A DNA stretch of 64,000 bases. It comes from Acidimicrobiia bacterium. Lineage in GTDB: Bacteria; Actinomycetota; Acidimicrobiia; Spongiisociales; UBA11373. Numbering within the stretch: the first letter of the stretch is position 1; each line of letters starts with the position of its first letter. Position numbers and translations under genes: made by a program. Shown here one piece after another: positions 60,975-64,000 of the stretch. The DNA is taken from assembly GCA_041572755.1 (NCBI GenBank), contig JBFFRY010000007.1:29928-93927 (forward strand), read 5' to 3'. The notes beneath the pieces were generated by a model, which worked only from the letters and a program-made list of their open reading frames with translations, searched no databases and was not told where the DNA came from.

Positions 60975-62375
60975 ATGCGTGCCCGACTCGTGTTGCTGAC
61001 GCTCGCCCTGGCGGCCACGACCACGGCCGCCCCGGTGGCGGCTCAGCAGGTCCGCGCCGCCGCCCCCATCGGCATCTGGTCGGGCCCCGGTGATCAATCC
61101 GCCGACTGGGCGATCATCTGGATCGCCGACGGTCCGCCCGGCCAACAGCGTGCCTACTGGGCGGAACGGGTGGTGCTGGCGTGCGATCTCGAACCCGGCT
61201 TCCTGTGGGGGGTGGCTTCGGTCGCCGACGGCAACGTCGTCATCACCGGCGACCTCGTGTGCGCCGAGAGCGGCGACGTCGCCGAGACCACGAAGGAGTT
61301 CGAATACACCTACGACGCCTCCTCCGACGCGCTGGTGAGCGATGCCGGCGCCTTGACCCGCAAGTGCGACGGGGGATCCGATGAGATCGCGGGAACCGAC
61401 GGGGACGATGTGCTTGAGGGAACCGACGGTCACGACGTGATCGACGGGGGTGCCGGCAACGACCGCCTGATCGGCAAGGGGGGCATGGACATCCTCTGTG
61501 GCAGAGACGGGAACGACCTGCTGAAGGGCGGCAAGGGCCTCGACGTACTGTTCGGGGGCTCGGGGGAGGATCGGCTCCTGGGCAACGCCGGGGCCGATCT
61601 GGTGCTGGCCGGATCGGGTGGGGACGTCGTTCGGGGCGGGAAGGGCAACGACATCCTCAACGGTGGTGGCGGCGGGGACACGATCAAGGGCAACGCCGGG
61701 GAGGACGTGATCGACGGCGATGCCGGCAACGACATCTTGCGAGGAGGCAAGGATCGCGACGACATCGACGGAGGCACCGGCGACGACGTCGTGGCCGGCA
61801 ACAAGGGCGATGATCTGCTCAACGGGGACTGCACTTCCCTGAACGAGCCGGGCCCCGGTGACGATCAGATCCTCGACTGTGAAGGAACCGACTCCCTCTT
61901 CGGCGGCCCCGGGTACGACGATCTCCACGACCATCACTTCACCGACGGCGGTGCCGATTTCGACGCCTGCTCGACCGACGCCGAGCGGGTCGGCTGTGAG
62001 ACCCACCGGGGTTCCCGGGGCCCGGGCCGCGACAAGGAGACTGCCGAGGAGTGGAGGCAGGTGGTCACCGAGGTCTTCACCGACTGGGAACTCGCCGGCG
62101 AGATCGAGCACGCCCTGCAGGTCATCGCCTGTGAGAGCGTCGCCGACCCGTTCCAGATCACTCGCCCCACCTTCGTGACCGGGATCTTCCAGCACCACCC
62201 CCGCTACTGGGAGGCTCGCACCGAGCGGGCCGGGATCCCGGGGGCCAGCATCTTCGATCCGTTCGCCCAGGCGACGGTCGCCGCACTTCTGGTCACCGAG
62301 GATGGCGGGGGCAACCCTTGGATCCCCCACTTCCACTGTGCCTCCATCCTCGAGCGACTCGGCATCTGGGAGTGA
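60975..62375 (+). CDS. Secreted RTX-repeat (hemolysin-type Ca-binding) protein with a C-terminal lysozyme/transglycosylase-like domain
   Basis: Signal peptide MRARLVLLTLALAATTTAAPVAA, then GGAGNDRLIGKGGMDILCGRDGNDLLKGGKGLD... repeats. The C-terminal ...ALQVIACESVADPFQ...GIFQ... segment is CES/GLxQ-like. Confidence 0.55.
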   Translation: MRARLVLLTLALAATTTAAPVAAQQVRAAAPIGIWSGPGDQSADWAIIWIADGPPGQQRAYWAERVVLACDLEPGFLWGVASVADGNVVITGDLVCAESGDVAETTKEFEYTYDASSDALVSDAGALTRKCDGGSDEIAGTDGDDVLEGTDGHDVIDGGAGNDRLIGKGGMDILCGRDGNDLLKGGKGLDVLFGGSGEDRLLGNAGADLVLAGSGGDVVRGGKGNDILNGGGGGDTIKGNAGEDVIDGDAGNDILRGGKDRDDIDGGTGDDVVAGNKGDDLLNGDCTSLNEPGPGDDQILDCEGTDSLFGGPGYDDLHDHHFTDGGADFDACSTDAERVGCETHRGSRGPGRDKETAEEWRQVVTEVFTDWELAGEIEHALQVIACESVADPFQITRPTFVTGIFQHHPRYWEARTERAGIPGASIFDPFAQATVAALLVTEDGGGNPWIPHFHCASILERLGIWE

Positions 62376-62415
62376 CGGCCGGGTAGCCTTCCCGCCGAGC
62401 AGGAAGGCATGAAGG

Positions 62416-63222
62416 ATGTGGCGTCTCTGGCAGCGTGTGTCGTCGGCTCGGGCCGCGCACCTGCGCACCTCCGGTGAGCCGACCTCGGCCAACGGCGCCT
62501 CGTCGTTCCATCTCTTCTGGGACATGCCGCCCGAGCCGCTCTCCGAGGTGGCCGCCACCTGTGAGGTGCTGCTCCCACCGGCGGTGAACCGCCTCTACTT
62601 TTGGGCGTTGCAGGTCACGTTCGCTTCGGGGCGGCGGCTGCGAGGCGGTGCCCACTTCGGTCTCCAGTGGAACCCGCGTCACCCCAACAGCACGGCGGTG
62701 AACTGGGGCGGCTACCTGACCGGGGGCCTCGATCAGCTGCGGGGGAGTGACTCGGCGTTGCCGGCGACCCGGCGGGGGGCCGATGCCAACACCCGCGACT
62801 TCGAGTGGCTTCCCGGGGAGCGCTACCGCTTCCACATCGGACCGGGTGGCGACGCCCCTGAGGGGATGCACGCGTGGCGTGGTTCGGTGACCCACGTGGA
62901 GTCGGGGACCACCACGACGGTCCGTGACCTCTACGTGCCGGCCGACAGCCTGGTGTCGCCCGTGGTGTGGGCCGAGGTCTTCGCCCGGTGTGAGCATCCC
63001 CGGGTGTCGGCCCGCTGGAGCGGCCTGGCGGCTCGGAACCAGGCGGGCAAGGTGGTTCGGCCCTCCTACGTTCGGGTCAATTACCAATCCCGCGACAAGG
63101 GCGGATGCGACAACACCACTGTGGCCGTCGACGAGTTGGGCCTCCTCCAGATCACCTCGGTGGAGCGGCGCGTGCCGCAGGGAGCCACGCTGCCGGTGCC
63201 GGACGGCCCTGCCGAGGTCTAG
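62416..63222 (+). CDS. Hypothetical protein
   Basis: 268-aa ORF with ordinary composition. No family recognised. Confidence 0.3.
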   Translation: MWRLWQRVSSARAAHLRTSGEPTSANGASSFHLFWDMPPEPLSEVAATCEVLLPPAVNRLYFWALQVTFASGRRLRGGAHFGLQWNPRHPNSTAVNWGGYLTGGLDQLRGSDSALPATRRGADANTRDFEWLPGERYRFHIGPGGDAPEGMHAWRGSVTHVESGTTTTVRDLYVPADSLVSPVVWAEVFARCEHPRVSARWSGLAARNQAGKVVRPSYVRVNYQSRDKGGCDNTTVAVDELGLLQITSVERRVPQGATLPVPDGPAEV

Positions 63223-64000
63223 GGCCAGACCCCTCTCTGTTCCGAGGCCAGGCGGCACCGCTCCACCGCTATCACGTACGCGGCGATGCGGAGATCGGGG
63301 TCGACCGGGGTCTCCGATTCGGGTCGGGCTCCCAGCCACCGATCCTGGTACCACTGCAGCGATTCCGACAGCGCAACCCGCTTTGTGACGACCTGCTCGG
63401 TGGCCCGGTACATCCTGGTGCGCAGCTTGCGGTGGACCTCGTGTTCCTCCCACTGCGAGTTCTCCAGGTTCTGGACCCACTCGAAGTAGGAGACGACCAC
63501 GCCGCCGGCGTTGGCGAGGATGTCGGGGAGGATCCGTATCCCCCGATCGCTCAGGATGCGGTCGGCACCCGGGGTGACCGGCCCGTTGGCGCATTCGACG
63601 ATGAGGCTGGTCTGGATCCGCTCCGCGTTCTCGATCGTGATCTGGTTCTCGAGGGCGGCCGGCACGAGGATGTCGCACGGCACCTCGAGGACCCCTTTGG
63701 GCGGCAGCGCTTCGACACCGGGGAACCCGGCGACGGTTCCTGACTCGTCCTTCTGCTCCTCGACTTTGGCGACGTCGAGGCCGTTCGGATCGTAGATGCC
63801 GCCTTTGGTGTCGGAGACGGCCACGATGGTGGCCCCGGCGTCGCCGTAGAGTCGAGCGGTGTGGCGCCCGGCGTTCCCGAACCCTTGGATCGCAACGGTG
63901 GCGCCGTCCAGGTTGTTCTTGCCGGGCAGGCCCCCGATCTCCAGGAAATGCTCGGTGGCATACAGGGAGCCGCGCGCAGTGGCATCGGCCCGGCCGGGGA
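63219..64000 (-). CDS. gdhA: Glutamate dehydrogenase (Glu/Leu/Phe/Val dehydrogenase family), partial; N-terminus beyond window end
   Basis: ...IQGFGNAGRHTARL...GGIYDPNGLDV...IENAERIQTSLIVECANGPVTPGADRILSDRGIRILPDILANAGGVVVSYFEWVQN... Confidence 0.8.
   Translation of the reverse strand, partial: PGRADATARGSLYATEHFLEIGGLPGKNNLDGATVAIQGFGNAGRHTARLYGDAGATIVAVSDTKGGIYDPNGLDVAKVEEQKDESGTVAGFPGVEALPPKGVLEVPCDILVPAALENQITIENAERIQTSLIVECANGPVTPGADRILSDRGIRILPDILANAGGVVVSYFEWVQNLENSQWEEHEVHRKLRTRMYRATEQVVTKRVALSESLQWYQDRWLGARPESETPVDPDLRIAAYVIAVERCRLASEQRGVWP

Noticed and set aside
1-64000. CRISPR arrays, tRNA/rRNA genes, transposases/integrases/prophage genes
   Set aside because: No short regularly spaced direct repeats, no cloverleaf-like conserved tRNA features in the intergenic regions inspected, and no transposase/integrase-like ORFs. 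The only tandem repeat is inside the 49390..50253 CDS.

Overview
This is a high-GC (~70%) bacterial chromosomal window, most likely from an actinobacterium, with dense coding on both strands. I found no rRNA, tRNA, CRISPR array or mobile-element genes.

The window holds four main gene blocks.

- A minus-strand operon at 1-6665: metF, a metV-like gene, an mvhD-like gene carrying an in-frame TGA at the conserved Cys position with a stem-loop just downstream, and a 1510-aa HdrA-type fusion (HdrL-like). This looks like a methylene-THF reductase / heterodisulfide-reductase-like flavin module. It sits directly downstream of ilvD.
- A branched-chain amino-acid block: ilvD runs divergently from ilvB-ilvN-ilvC, a small LeuA-regulatory-domain ORF, leuB-leuC-leuD and ilvE. 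Upstream of ilvB are a sigma70-like promoter, a 13-codon Leu/Val/Ile-rich leader peptide and a terminator hairpin with a T-run, which together look like a classical attenuator.
- C1 and redox genes. There is a Mop-type molybdo-aldehyde oxidoreductase, a methyl-THF:corrinoid methyltransferase (MeTr/AcsE-like) and a RACo-type corrinoid activator. There are two NAD-linked formate dehydrogenase operons, both Cys-type: one has a split FdhA and a fused NuoEF, the other has FdhD, NuoE, NuoF and a full-length FdhA. NfnAB is also present.
- Accessory genes. These include M20, DUF885 and penicillin-acylase hydrolases, a secreted RTX-repeat metalloprotease, a second RTX-repeat protein and a chagasin-type inhibitor lipoprotein. 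There is also CcdA, ArsR, an acidic secreted protein with an internal 186-bp tandem repeat, a threonine-dehydratase-like / ornithine-cyclodeaminase pair, and a partial glutamate dehydrogenase at the window end.

Gene starts were chosen by homology, overlap patterns (ATGA/GTGA coupling) and SD-like motifs. All calls are by-eye motif recognition, not database searches.
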